64,000 nt of DNA. Origin: Rhina ancylostomus. Its lineage: Eukaryota. Below are positions 23,201 through 35,200 of the stretch, one piece after another. The number at the start of each line of letters is the position of its first letter. The first letter of the stretch is position 1. The translations under genes were made by a program, and so were the position numbers. Location: positions 13,980,943 to 14,044,942 of the forward strand of contig JARFYF010000029.1 of NCBI GenBank assembly GCA_030265395.1. Direction: 5' to 3'. The notes under the pieces are model-generated. The model was not told where the DNA came from. It worked only from the letters and a program-made list of their open reading frames with translations, and ran no database searches.

Positions 23201-26200
23201 TACTGGCTGACCATGGAATGTGCCAATCTTAATATTTGGTCATTGCACCAGGAGACTGATTTTGGGAAGATTACCAGTGTGTCTTTTGCCACACTGGTAA
23301 TCTTCCAGCAGTAGTTGGTGTTTGTTTTGTACTCTTGGACTAAGCTGTATAGTGCAGCTTCTTGGGTAAACATGGACAAAGACCATAGTTTTTCTTGCCT
23401 GTCCTTCTTGGCAAGCAGACATTCCTAAAATAGATGGATCTCAGCTCCATTGCAGCCACTTTGAGAACAGTTGGTGGGATTGAGAGGACTGCTGTGGATT
23501 CAGGCTGGTGAAGAAGGATCCAATCAGGGCTCTTCTCAACACCAGCCAAAGCAAGGTTATAGTACTCCTGAAAATTCTGGTGATGAAACATTCAGCCAGT
23601 CGATCATGAAGCTTGCCCAAGGAACTATAGAACGTAGAGTAGAACAGTACAGCACAGGAACAGGCCCTTCGGCCCACAGTGTTGTGCCAAATCAATTACA
23701 TTAGTAATAAAATGCCCAACTGAACTAATTCCTTCTGCCTACACAACATCCATATCCTACCATTTCCCTCACATTCATGTGCCTATCCAAGAGCTCCTTG
23801 AACGCCCCTATTGTATTTGCCTCCACCACCACCCCTGGCAGCACGTTCCAGGCACCCACCAATTTTGTGTTTTTAAAAAAACAAAAGACATCCCCGCACA
23901 TCTCCTTTGAACTAACGCCCTTTTATCTTCAATGCATGCCCTCTGATATTAGACATTTCAACCCTGAAGAAAAGATACTGGCTGTCTACTCTATCTATGC
24001 CTCTTATAAACCTCTATCAGATCTCCCCTCAGCCTCCTCCACTCCAGAGAAAACAACCCAAGTTTGTCCAACCTATCCTCATAGCACATGCCCTCTAATC
24101 CAAGCAGCATCTTGGTAAACCTCTTCTGCACGCTCTCCAAAGCCTCGACATCCTTCCTGTAATGGAGTAACCAGAACTGAATGCAGTACTGCAGATGCAG
24201 CCTAACTGAAGTTTTATAAAGCTGCAGCATAACTTCCTGACTCTTGAACTCAGTGCCCGGACTAATGAAGGCAAGCATGCCGTATGCCGCCTTTACCGCT
24301 CTATCAACCTATGTAGTCACTTCCAGGTAGCAATGAACTTGGACTCCAAGATGCCTCTGCTCATCACCGCTGTTGAGATCCGACAGAATATAATCAACAG
24401 AATCTATCATCCCCTTTTCCTGCATGCCTTGAGGGCTTTCTATGCAGACCTGACTGACCTGTGGTTGAAGGTGTCCTTCTGCAAAATAGCTGCAAGGAGC
24501 AGATGGTACAGTACACTCCAGCTGAAGGGAATGTTTGGAGACAAGAGACTGCAAATACAAAAGGTTCAAGGAGTTTTATTGAAAGGAACATTCAGTGGCA
24601 ACATGGCCAAACTTATCCTTTGCAACACCAGAGGCAGATAGAACCTATGTATGTAGTGGCTTTTAGCATTTGGATGCTGAAATTTCACAACATAAGTCGG
24701 TGCTAATAAATCTGATTCTGAATGCCCAGGGCCTACACATAGAATGATGCAGCAACACCTAAAGGTATCCATCAGGTGACATCCCCATTGGTACATTTTA
24801 ACCCTGTTTGTATATTGCACCTCGTATGGAGATGGTCCACCTCGGATCTACAGATAAATTGGATAATGGCTTGGGTGACTGCCACAGTGCAGCAGTGGGT
24901 TGTGAGTCGCATCTTATGTTGTACAGCAACGTGAAAGAGCACCTTACACTCAAACGACAAACTGTCCATCCAGGAGTTTTATTTGTCTCCGATGGATAGA
25001 GCTTGTCAACTCATCCAGACTCTGCTCGCTGTCATCTAAAATCTTCAAGGTCAAGGACAGTAAGTTCTGTAAGGCTGTTTGATTCTTTTAATTCACTTTA
25101 TAAGTATGTTTAAAGGGAATGCAACCAACAGAAACAGCTGAGATTAAAGAGACATGGCCAACAGAACCAGGTTACTTTAAGGGGAGCCCCATGGAACTGG
25201 GGAGCCTGGGAATTGGGGTCCCAGTGAGTAGAAATGGCAAACATCACCTGGTGTCCTAGGTGCCAAGCTATCAGGATTTCCAAATGGTTAAACAGCGGAT
25301 TATCAGAGTTTTGCTGTTATTTGTCTCCGTGGTCTTGCTGGACCTAAATCTTTACTTTCGATGTCTTAAGAGCACAACATACAATATGCTGTTGCATTGT
25401 TTTTTTCATAATAAGGTATATTAACTCAAATTTCCCAAATTCTTCATTTGCTACTACCTTATCCATTCATTTATCCTGTCTTTTTTTTCTACTGCAGATT
25501 CTGAGTTCTCCTCATAGCTTATTTTCCCACTAGTTTTGTATAATAATCAAACCTGAATAAGGTTTACTCTTTCTATCTAACATTAATACTTATTGTGAAT
25601 AGCTGTGGTTTCAGTACTAATCCATGTGGTATCCCAACTGTGAGGCAACCTGAAAACAGCCAATTTATTTCAAGTATTAATATGCTACCTTTTTGCAAAG
25701 CCATGAGTCCTTATTTAATGTGGTACCTTCTCAAATGTCTTCTCAAAAGCTGGATATTCTGTATTGCCTATCCTGTTCATAGCTTTCTCAAAACAAATTT
25801 GCTGTTTCTTAGCTACCATTTGGCATTAAATGTGTACGAAGGGTGTGAAGGGAAGTTTACTGGGTGTAGATAGGAGTTGAGGTTGCCATTGATGCTCTTG
25901 AAGTATGCTTTTAGCTATTTCCATACATGAAGATAACGCTGTTTTTAGATTTTCTTTTAGAAGTGTTATAGAATGATGTTCATATTATTAAAGATGATCT
26001 GTTTCCTCAGTGGCCTTTTAAGGCAAATTTCAGTTTCTATCACCACAGCAGTCTTCCTTGTTTTATGCAGTTTCATTTATCTTACTGCTGAGTTTTGGTA
26101 AACTTCCTGTGTTTGTCCAGATATGCAAAGAATATTTTTTTCCCCACGGCAGTTATGGAACGCCTGACAGCAATGTGTACTTTTATTAATTGTACTACAG

Positions 26201-29200
26201 CAAAAAGGGGAAGCAGGAGCTTGTTACTCTCCTACCATTGATCAGCTCCACTTTAAACTGTTGACACTGTTGAAGACGGACTCTTAAACAAAAGTGAGTA
26301 AGCCAGTGATCAAAGTGATCAGCTTCAGCAGCTTGTCTGGAATAATTTAGATATTTTTGTTTGTAATATGGTACTATGTGGGATAAACATTGAACTACTT
26401 TTATGAGTTGGATGAGGATAGATCTGCTGGATTTATTTTTTCTGCTTGTGGTGCTGAGCTACTTTTAATGTTTTTGTTCAAGCAGTGAGCGTGATGGAAT
26501 CGTGCAAGTTTACTGGGTGCAGATAGGAGTCGAGGTTGCCATGTCAGCCAAGATCTTACTGAATGTTGGAGCAGGATCAAGGGGCCAAACAGTTTATTCC
26601 TGATTCATATACTTTATGTATAAGGAAGTGTTCTGGCCTTAATCTCTAGTAGAATGCGGCAGAAAGAGGGAATGCAGATTTAAATTTGTTCAATATATTG
26701 AAAGATTTGTACTAACTCACCATTATTATTTGGTTGATTGAGTGAATTCAGTGTTTATTTTACTGCGGATACTTTGTGGAGGAATTTGATAGACTGGGTT
26801 GAATGACATTTCTAATCTCAACTTTCATGACACTTTGAACTAAAATTGAAATATTGCATTTTGAAAAAGGGAAGCATGTTTAATCCTTCACTTTCTTCTT
26901 TGTTCATTGACTTTTTTAACTGCTTGAATTATAACAGAGCAGAAATATATATGGTTTATGGTTTAAAAATCAAGCTGTCATTGTAGCATTTTCCTGCAAC
27001 TAGTTGTCCTTGGGCATCTTGCTTTACAGATAGGAATGGAGTTTCTTGTCACACTATGAACACCATTGCTCAATATAGCAACTTGCATTTTGTCACAATC
27101 TGCAATGGTCAGTGTTTTCTTGGAAACTAATTCTATAATATTGGATAAAATAAATTTCTGTTTCCTAAAGTTTGGGAAGTGCAGTTTTTTTCACCTTATA
27201 GGCCACTTACACCAGAGGACATTTGGGTTAATGGATTCCTGCTTTTGTTTAAGCCCCTCACAAGCCTCCCCCCTTCTATTTTCTCTCTTACGTGCCTGTT
27301 TGCATCAACTNNNNNNNNNNNNNNNNNNNNNNNNNNNNNNNNNNNNNNNNNNNNNNNNNNNNNNNNNNNNNNNNNNNNNNNNNNNNNNNNNNNNNNNNNN
27401 NNNNATGCCTGAATTTCTGATGGAATTTATTAGTTACTGCCTTCTATTCGGAGCCAAAAGTAAAATGGGTCGATGCTGGAAATCTGAAATGAAAATAGAA
27501 AGGAATATTCAGTAGGCATTCACTAGTACCCACTCCTCTTCCCAAGGAATTTTTCTATGGAGAGATGAAATACCTGCACTATTGCTTCTTTCCCCTTCCC
27601 CACCCCCCCAACTTCTATTGTCTGGGGTCTCAAACACGGTTCCACCAAAAGCAGTAATTTGTTTGTATTTTGTATTGAGTAAACCCTGTTCACTCATGTG
27701 GTCTGCACAAGGGAGATGAAGTGTCGATTGGGTGCTGCGTTGCAGATTGCCTTCATTCAGTGTCCAAGCATGATCCTGAGTTTCCAGTTGCATGTCATTT
27801 TAATTCTCTGTCCCGTCCCCACTCGACCAATGACTTCAGCTTTCTGCACTGTTCTGATGCAGTTTAAGGTTAGCTTATGGAATACTGCATTATCAGGCCT
27901 CTGTCCCACACAATTCACAAAGTTAAGAAAATGAGCATGCTCAGTTTTTATTTTGTTATTTTTGTTTTCCAACATCCACAGTATTTTTCTTTAGTAATTT
28001 CAGATAATGAATTTTCATATTTTATTTACTTATCCTCCTGACTTTTTGTTTCCTGTCCTTTCGTGATTTACTTTTCTCCTTTGTTAATTTCCTACTTGTT
28101 ATTTAATTTCTCCCTTTTTCCTACCAATATCCTTAAAACCTCTTTACATCTAACTGTTCCCAGTTATGATGAAAGATGATCAACCTGAAAACTGAACCTA
28201 TGCTTGAAAATGTTATACACGCCCAAAATATGGTTTCAAAGTACAAAAAAAATACAGGATAGCAATTAAAATCTGAAGAGAGTTTTATAAATAGATCCAT
28301 TATCAAAGATGGAGATTAGGCAAACCCTAAACGTATACACCTAAAATATTTTTGTTTAGGTTGTCACAGATCCACTGTTTGATCCCAGCTCTGCTCGGTA
28401 TTTCCAATATTCTCTGTTTTTGTATTACATTTATTGCCCCAAATTCTGTTATAATGGGAACATTGTTTCAATGCCTGCATCATTAAAGTCTTGCAATATT
28501 GACATGTCACGTTTTACCTTCTCAACCTACCGCAGAGGGTATAATATCATAACCTGTGCTAATCACAGTAAAATCTTTTCTGAACCATCCTAAATTCTAT
28601 TTAAATCTTTTTTAAATGCTTTTTCCTGTCAAGCCAATCTTGTGATCATGGTTAGAATTAGATGCTGCAGGGCGAAGGTGTATTGTTCCAATTTAGGACA
28701 TCTTTTAACTGCTCTGATTAATTGTTTAATACTGTAGTTGAGATAAGATATCTTTATTAGTCATATGTACNNNNNNNNNNNNNNNNNNNNNNNNNNNNNN
28801 NNNNNNNNNNNNNNNNNNNNNNNNNNNNNNNNNNNNNNNNNNNNNNNNNNNNNNNNNNNNNNNNNNNNNNTTGAGATAAGATATCTTTATTAGTCATATG
28901 TACATTGAAACACACAGTGAAATGCATCTTTTGCGTAGAGTGTCCTGGGGGCAGCCTGCAGGTGTAACTGTAAGGGATAGAATCTTCCATTAAATTGCAA
29001 TTTTGTCACTAAGTCCTGGATTGCACCTCAGAGTCAAAGCTTAATGCAATTTCTTTATTCATGAAAGACAGCAAATGGGAGAGTTTTGAAACCTGAATCA
29101 TCGATACCAGTAAAACGTAGGAGAAAAGATCAGGATGTAATGAAATGCAAATGCATTAAATAAAGCCATGTATTCCTTTTATATATTTACAAGGGCATGG

Positions 29201-32200
29201 TGCCTGAAAATATTCATATTCTAGTTGTAGTTTTTCATCTGTCACCATGCAAAATCCACTTAAGAGTTTGGTATCCATTGATGTTGTCATGATTGTCCAG
29301 TAGATGGCAGTGAACTATGGAAAATTAAATCGGTACTTGAACAAACTATTACAAATGCTCTACTCGAAAATATAGCTAGGAAATACAAGTAACACAAGAT
29401 GACAGTTAACATTGGAAAAGAGAATTTCAAAAGTAGATCCATTGTCAAAAATGGAAGGTAGTCAAACCCCTAGTGAGTGCAGCTGAGGCACCTTTATCCA
29501 TGATATCACAGATCTACCTTTTCGTCCCAGCAAGTGGTTTTAATATACGACGTCTGATATACATGTGTTCGTGTGTTACAGTTGGGCAATTTGGAGGTCT
29601 GATGCTAAATTTTTGTGTCCAGTTTGACCTTGAGTTCTGACTACTAATTGCAATAAATATGTCTACTTTCACCTCTATATCATTGCCCATTTCTGATTGT
29701 GAGATTCATGTGCTTCCTGAAGTTTTGTGATCAGAAATGGACATAGTACTCTATCTGTGGACAGGTTGAACAAAATTTCCTTGCTTTGATACTCTGGGCC
29801 TCCCTGAATCCCAGGATCCCAAATGCTTTAAATAGCTGTTCTAAACCAGCAGCATGATGACGTACAATCCTAACTAGTACATCCGCCACAGACTGAATCC
29901 CAGTGTTGATCAGATTAAGTAAGGCAGTGCCATCACATAGATCCTCTTCTCAGTCTTCCTTACTGCTCTACTGTACTACGCCTTCTATTGGAGTGGAGTT
30001 GATTTACAAGATGAATGTTAATTTGTTTTATCCGATGATTCCACAAGATTCAAGCTCATTTTGTTACAGTATGGAGGTGATGCTTTTATATGTGCAATTC
30101 AGAGACTGATTTCCAAGTCATTATTGATTCTTCTGAAACATAGGAAAGTGTGGGCCTTGCACTTGACATCTGAAAGACAATAATCTTCAAGCAATGTGCT
30201 ATGTAACATTGCCACTGACAATGGAGGTCCAAGGCAGGGCTCTGGAAAATCAGTAATTTCCATTCTTAGTGAATGGAGATATCAAGACAAAATTTACCAC
30301 TGTTTTATTTTTATTCCAAAATAAACTTTACTCATCATAACAAAAACAAACTATATACAACAATAAAACAGTGCAAACCTTTACATTCATGTACAGATCA
30401 ATCATTAGTGTTACCTTATTTAAAAAAAACACAGCACTGATGCCACACTGTGTGGTTCCCTTGGGTGCTACCCCAGTCCCATATTTACAATATTTAAGGG
30501 GCTTTCTCACCTGACCCCACCCCTCCCTCTCCAGTGGCAGAAGAACCCTAAACTGTAGTCCTTCCCCACCGAGCCCTTGTGTTGGCTGCACCCAGCTTCA
30601 GTCCGTCCCTCAGCACGTAANNNNNNNNNNNNNNNNNNNNNNNNNNNNNNNNNNNNNNNNNNNNNNNNNNNNNNNNNNNNNNNNNNNNNNNNNNNNNNNN
30701 NNNNNNNNNNNNNNNNNNNNCCGTAGATCAGAGAATCCTCTGTTACGCAGCTGCTGGGGATGAACCGGGACAAGGACCCCTGCATCTTTCGCCACACAAA
30801 GTTCTTGGCTGCCTGAATGTGTATCTCAATGCACAGAGGTACCGCCAATTCTTCCTGTGCTATGTCTTGTGCACCACCTTTCAGTGAAGAAAGAAATTGA
30901 TGCTAGCACAGATTTTGGCTGCCTGAGGGGAAAGAGAAAATCAGGGCTGCAAACCTGGCCTGCCTACTTTTTATCCTTTGTGTACAAATTTAGATAATCA
31001 ATTTCAAAATATTGATAAATGCTCCATTACTATCTGAATTAATGAGCCTATTAATGAACCAATCACAAACAGCGACCAATTCCTTGAATAGGTATGGCCC
31101 TTCGGGACCTTTTGCTTTATTCAAATTGTCTTTATGTGTCCTGTTTTCGATAATGTTATACTAAATCCACTCTGAAGGCATCAGGTTAATTAAGTCCAAT
31201 CTAATCTGTCTAAAGATATTGACAGTAAGGTCTTTCTCTTATCTATATCCCATTGAGTTTGATGTACTTATTTTAATTTCTAAAGAAAATTGTTAACTGG
31301 TCTTACCTGAATACCAGAAGGATAAACTCATGCTGTTTAGAGCTCTTTTTAAACGAAAATCTTTGGAAGTTTTTATGTTAAAGAATGCATCTCAACATTC
31401 TTCTGTTCTTTCCTTACACAGTTTCCTCTCTGATCACAATAACTTGACCACTATTACTATATAGATAATATTTGCATGCAATGAATATATCAATGATTCT
31501 AACACTTCTCCTGCCTATTCATCTATAATTTTTCCAACATAGCTAGTTTCTTTATTTAAAACTGATCCTTGATTTTTGTATCCTCAGACTTATTTGTTCT
31601 GATGTATCAAGAAAAATATGGAATGGCAAGGAAATAAACTGGAAACTTTTTGGATTTCTTCAGCCACCAATCTATCATATATAATCATGAGAAAATGCCT
31701 TCCTAGAAGGCAGTTGAATTAGACTTGTCCGAGACAAATTCAAAACAAATTTAATGCATTAACAGAAACATAATTATGTAAATTGTATGACAGCATCTTA
31801 TTTATAGAAGGAAATAATATTTACCAAGTTCTATATCTTTAGCTTAATTTATGTTATTACTTTCTTACAAATCATTGAAGTTTTCAAGTATATTTATTCT
31901 GTATTGTATTATATTTCTAATCGGAGAAGATCTTTGAAGACTTCAAAATGCAGAAGATCTTGACAGGGTTTCCGCAATGGTTATGCGATTGCTATGTTCC
32001 TAAGCAACCTCATGTTATAGAAAGTTGTGTTGAAGCAGAACAGGCTGCAGTTACCTTAAAAGCACAGATTTAAACAGGTTTTCCTGATCATAATCACACT
32101 ATAACCAATACAGCCCCTGTAATGGAAATAGAGTTCCCTATTCCATCAATTGCATTATAACCAATTTGAGTTATGGAAATGTGTTATAGCCAAGCTACCT

Positions 32201-35200
32201 GTATATTTAATTCAAAATCTTGTAATCAGATACAAATCTGAATTAATTGTATGAGCAAGTTATTGGACCCTCCTTCATGAAGACTTCTTGTATGTTGTTT
32301 AACATTAGTGGTTCCCATTGTGAAAAGTAAATAAATAAAAGATGAGATGTTTTAATTGGGCAAAGATTAGCTTTCTGGCATTACAGAGGTGAAAGTTAAC
32401 AAAAATTCTTCATTTGTATTTTGGGTGCAGTCAACATCACAAGAATGACCCATAACTAGAATCCGCCATTACTATTTTTACCTCTTGTTTGGTAGCTCCC
32501 GTGCTCAATCCCATATTGCTTGTGTCCTATTTGCCAAAAGAACTTGACTACAATGCATCAGTAGGTATCCAATTCAATATGTTGAACTAGAACACATTGT
32601 ACTGTATGTACTGTAAACAAAGATGCTTCACTGTTCTGGCATGAGGTGGAATTAGTATTCCCCCAATTCTTATTACAGGCCTAGACAAAGCCTTTTCACA
32701 TCACTGCCAGTGTACTTACTCTTTTATGTGTTATAGGAATTAAAAATAGTGTTTCCTTCCATACCACCCCTTATGTCTATGCCATACAAAATCTGTACTC
32801 AAAACACAGTTTGATCATTTCTGAACACATCTCGATAAAACACTTGCCTATATTGCACAGCTGGGTGTTAATTTTGTTGGTGGTACTCCTGTGAATTGTG
32901 CTACTTTCAAGTGTTGAATGTGTAACTTTGTTTCAGAACCCATTACAGACATAATTTAAAACTAACATCTGCAATGTACATAAATTTTAATGGATTGCTG
33001 AGGCATTTCATCCTCCATCGTGGATAATGGATCCATGTGCAACACGTGTTATTCATTACACAATATCCTCATTGTTTCAAGCTTCAGCTTTTAAGAGAGG
33101 GGAGAACTTCATATGAGGAGTTTCAACTTAGCTGCAGTTTGAAAGCAAACCATATTGTGGTAAGCTATGAGGTTAGAGGTACTCTTTAGACCCCCTCTTC
33201 CCTCCACCACCAACCTCTTCCCTCGCAAGAAAAATAGCACAGTATGAACATGATTTTGATGTCCTGTTTACCATTTTGATTGAGGGAAGTGGGTTGTTGA
33301 CTCTCAATATTCTGACGTTGATGTTTTTTATGGGGCTCAGAAGAAAGGAAAATTGAGACTGGTTTTAACTCAACTTGCTTTGTGCACTTCATTGAAAGTT
33401 TTTTTTCCCCTCCACATCTTGTTAATTTAAGATCTTGCTCTTCTATAGACTCGGGCAGTTTTCTATTCTGCTGCTGTGGAATGTTTGCCAGTTCAAAAAT
33501 GCTGGCATGTATTTTGTGTGCAGTCATTCGTCATTTTCTTTCAACACCGAAAGCACAAACAAGACCAAAAATAAAAAAGGATGAGACATTGTTCTTCTGA
33601 CACCGTGGCCTGAAGTGCATCACCCTAGCTGATGTCAAGATGCGCCTGACCTGAATTCCTGTAAAACTAAATTTAATGTACAACTGGCTGCCAATCATGT
33701 TTTCCCCCTGTCTCCACATGATACCAGTTCATTTTCTGCTATTACTGCTGCTGACCCTTGCAGTGTTGGAGAGATTCTGTTGGTGCAGACTTTGTGGCAT
33801 GCCGTATTCTGCATACTGTAATTGAGAATGTTAAACAGCTCAGTATCTTGGAACATATTGCTAGTGGGTATCTCACATTTGGAGTTGAATGAGTTCCAAC
33901 TCTACCTTCAGTGCCATTTACTGTTTAAAAAGAAATGACTAACTCTATTGTGCAAGTTGTATAGTGCAGATTAAAAACATTAATATAATTTTCTTGTTCC
34001 ACCTTCTAAATTCTGATTATTGCTCTGTTTTTCACTGCAGTGGAGTTGTGGTTCACCTAAGTGCCATATTTTAAGTGCCTCCTTGTTGATCTATTTTCAT
34101 GGAAGGACAACAACCTTGTTTTTTGCCTTTTAATGTTATTGTTCAGTTGCCCAGGAGTGTATGGATAGTTCTGAGATGATTCATCATGTACTTTTTTGAC
34201 CCCTGCGAGTGCCTAACTGTTTCCAAGTTACTTGCATTAGGATTCTGGAGCATTGTTGCCATTTGTAACTAGTTATATAAGAAGGCTATCTGGCAACTTG
34301 CTTCCGGGGGAAATGCTTTGTAATTAATGTTTGTTATTTGAGGAGCTACAGTATNNNNNNNNNNAATGCCTACATTTTGCACATGCTCAGCACCTGAGCT
34401 CCAAGATATTGTTCACTGATGTGAACAGGAGGATGGGCCTTGCACTCAACATCTGCGAGGCCAAGGTCCTCCATCAATTTTCTCCAACAGCACTGGACAG
34501 CCCTCTGACAATAAAGGTTTATGATGAGTCCGTGAAAATATGGACTTCCCATATCTCAGGAACCACCACTTGGCAAAGGCAGACATGGTGCCTCCAATGC
34601 ACCAAGTGCAGCCTTAGGTCAACTGAGGAAAAAGATATGTGAAGATCAAGACCCTGGGCCTGGCGGAAAACTCATGGTCTAGCATGTAGCAATGATCTCT
34701 GCCGTCATTATGTGTTTCTCAGAACTGGAATACCAATAGCAGGCAACTCAACGTGCTGGAAAAATACCCACCAACACTGTCTCCACAAAATCCTATACAT
34801 TCACTAGAAGGACCATGGTCAATATCCTTTCTCAGGCCCCAACACCAAGGACCTAGTTACTCTCAGTTAACTGCATTTGGCAGGTCATGTTGCTCGTGTG
34901 ATTGGCACCAGGCTCTTGAGACAGTCTATTCCAAGCTCTTTTAAGCAAAGATATTACCTAGCAGACGGAAAAAGACTCAAGGATCTGCTTAAAGCTTCCT
35001 TGAAAGAATGCACCATCCCCATTGATGCTTGGCCCATGACTGCTAAAAGTGGAGAAGGAGCACTCAAGAATGGTATTGAGCACACAGAAGCCCTGTTTAA
35101 GCAGTGGAAGGATTGCACCAGCTCACAACCTACTCATTCATCTGCCCCATAAGCTACCATCAGTGGAACAGTCTGCAATTCCCACATTGGCTCATTAGCC

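Noticed and set aside
28739-28903. Identical 32-bp sequence on both sides of a 100-N gap (similar 14-bp case at 46217/46331)
   Set aside because: Best explained as contig-end overlap at scaffold gaps, not a biological repeat.
31960-32205. Possible Tigger/pogo-like MITE (also about 25150-25320 and 52560-52810)
   Set aside because: The terminal inverted repeats are too decayed to delimit by eye.
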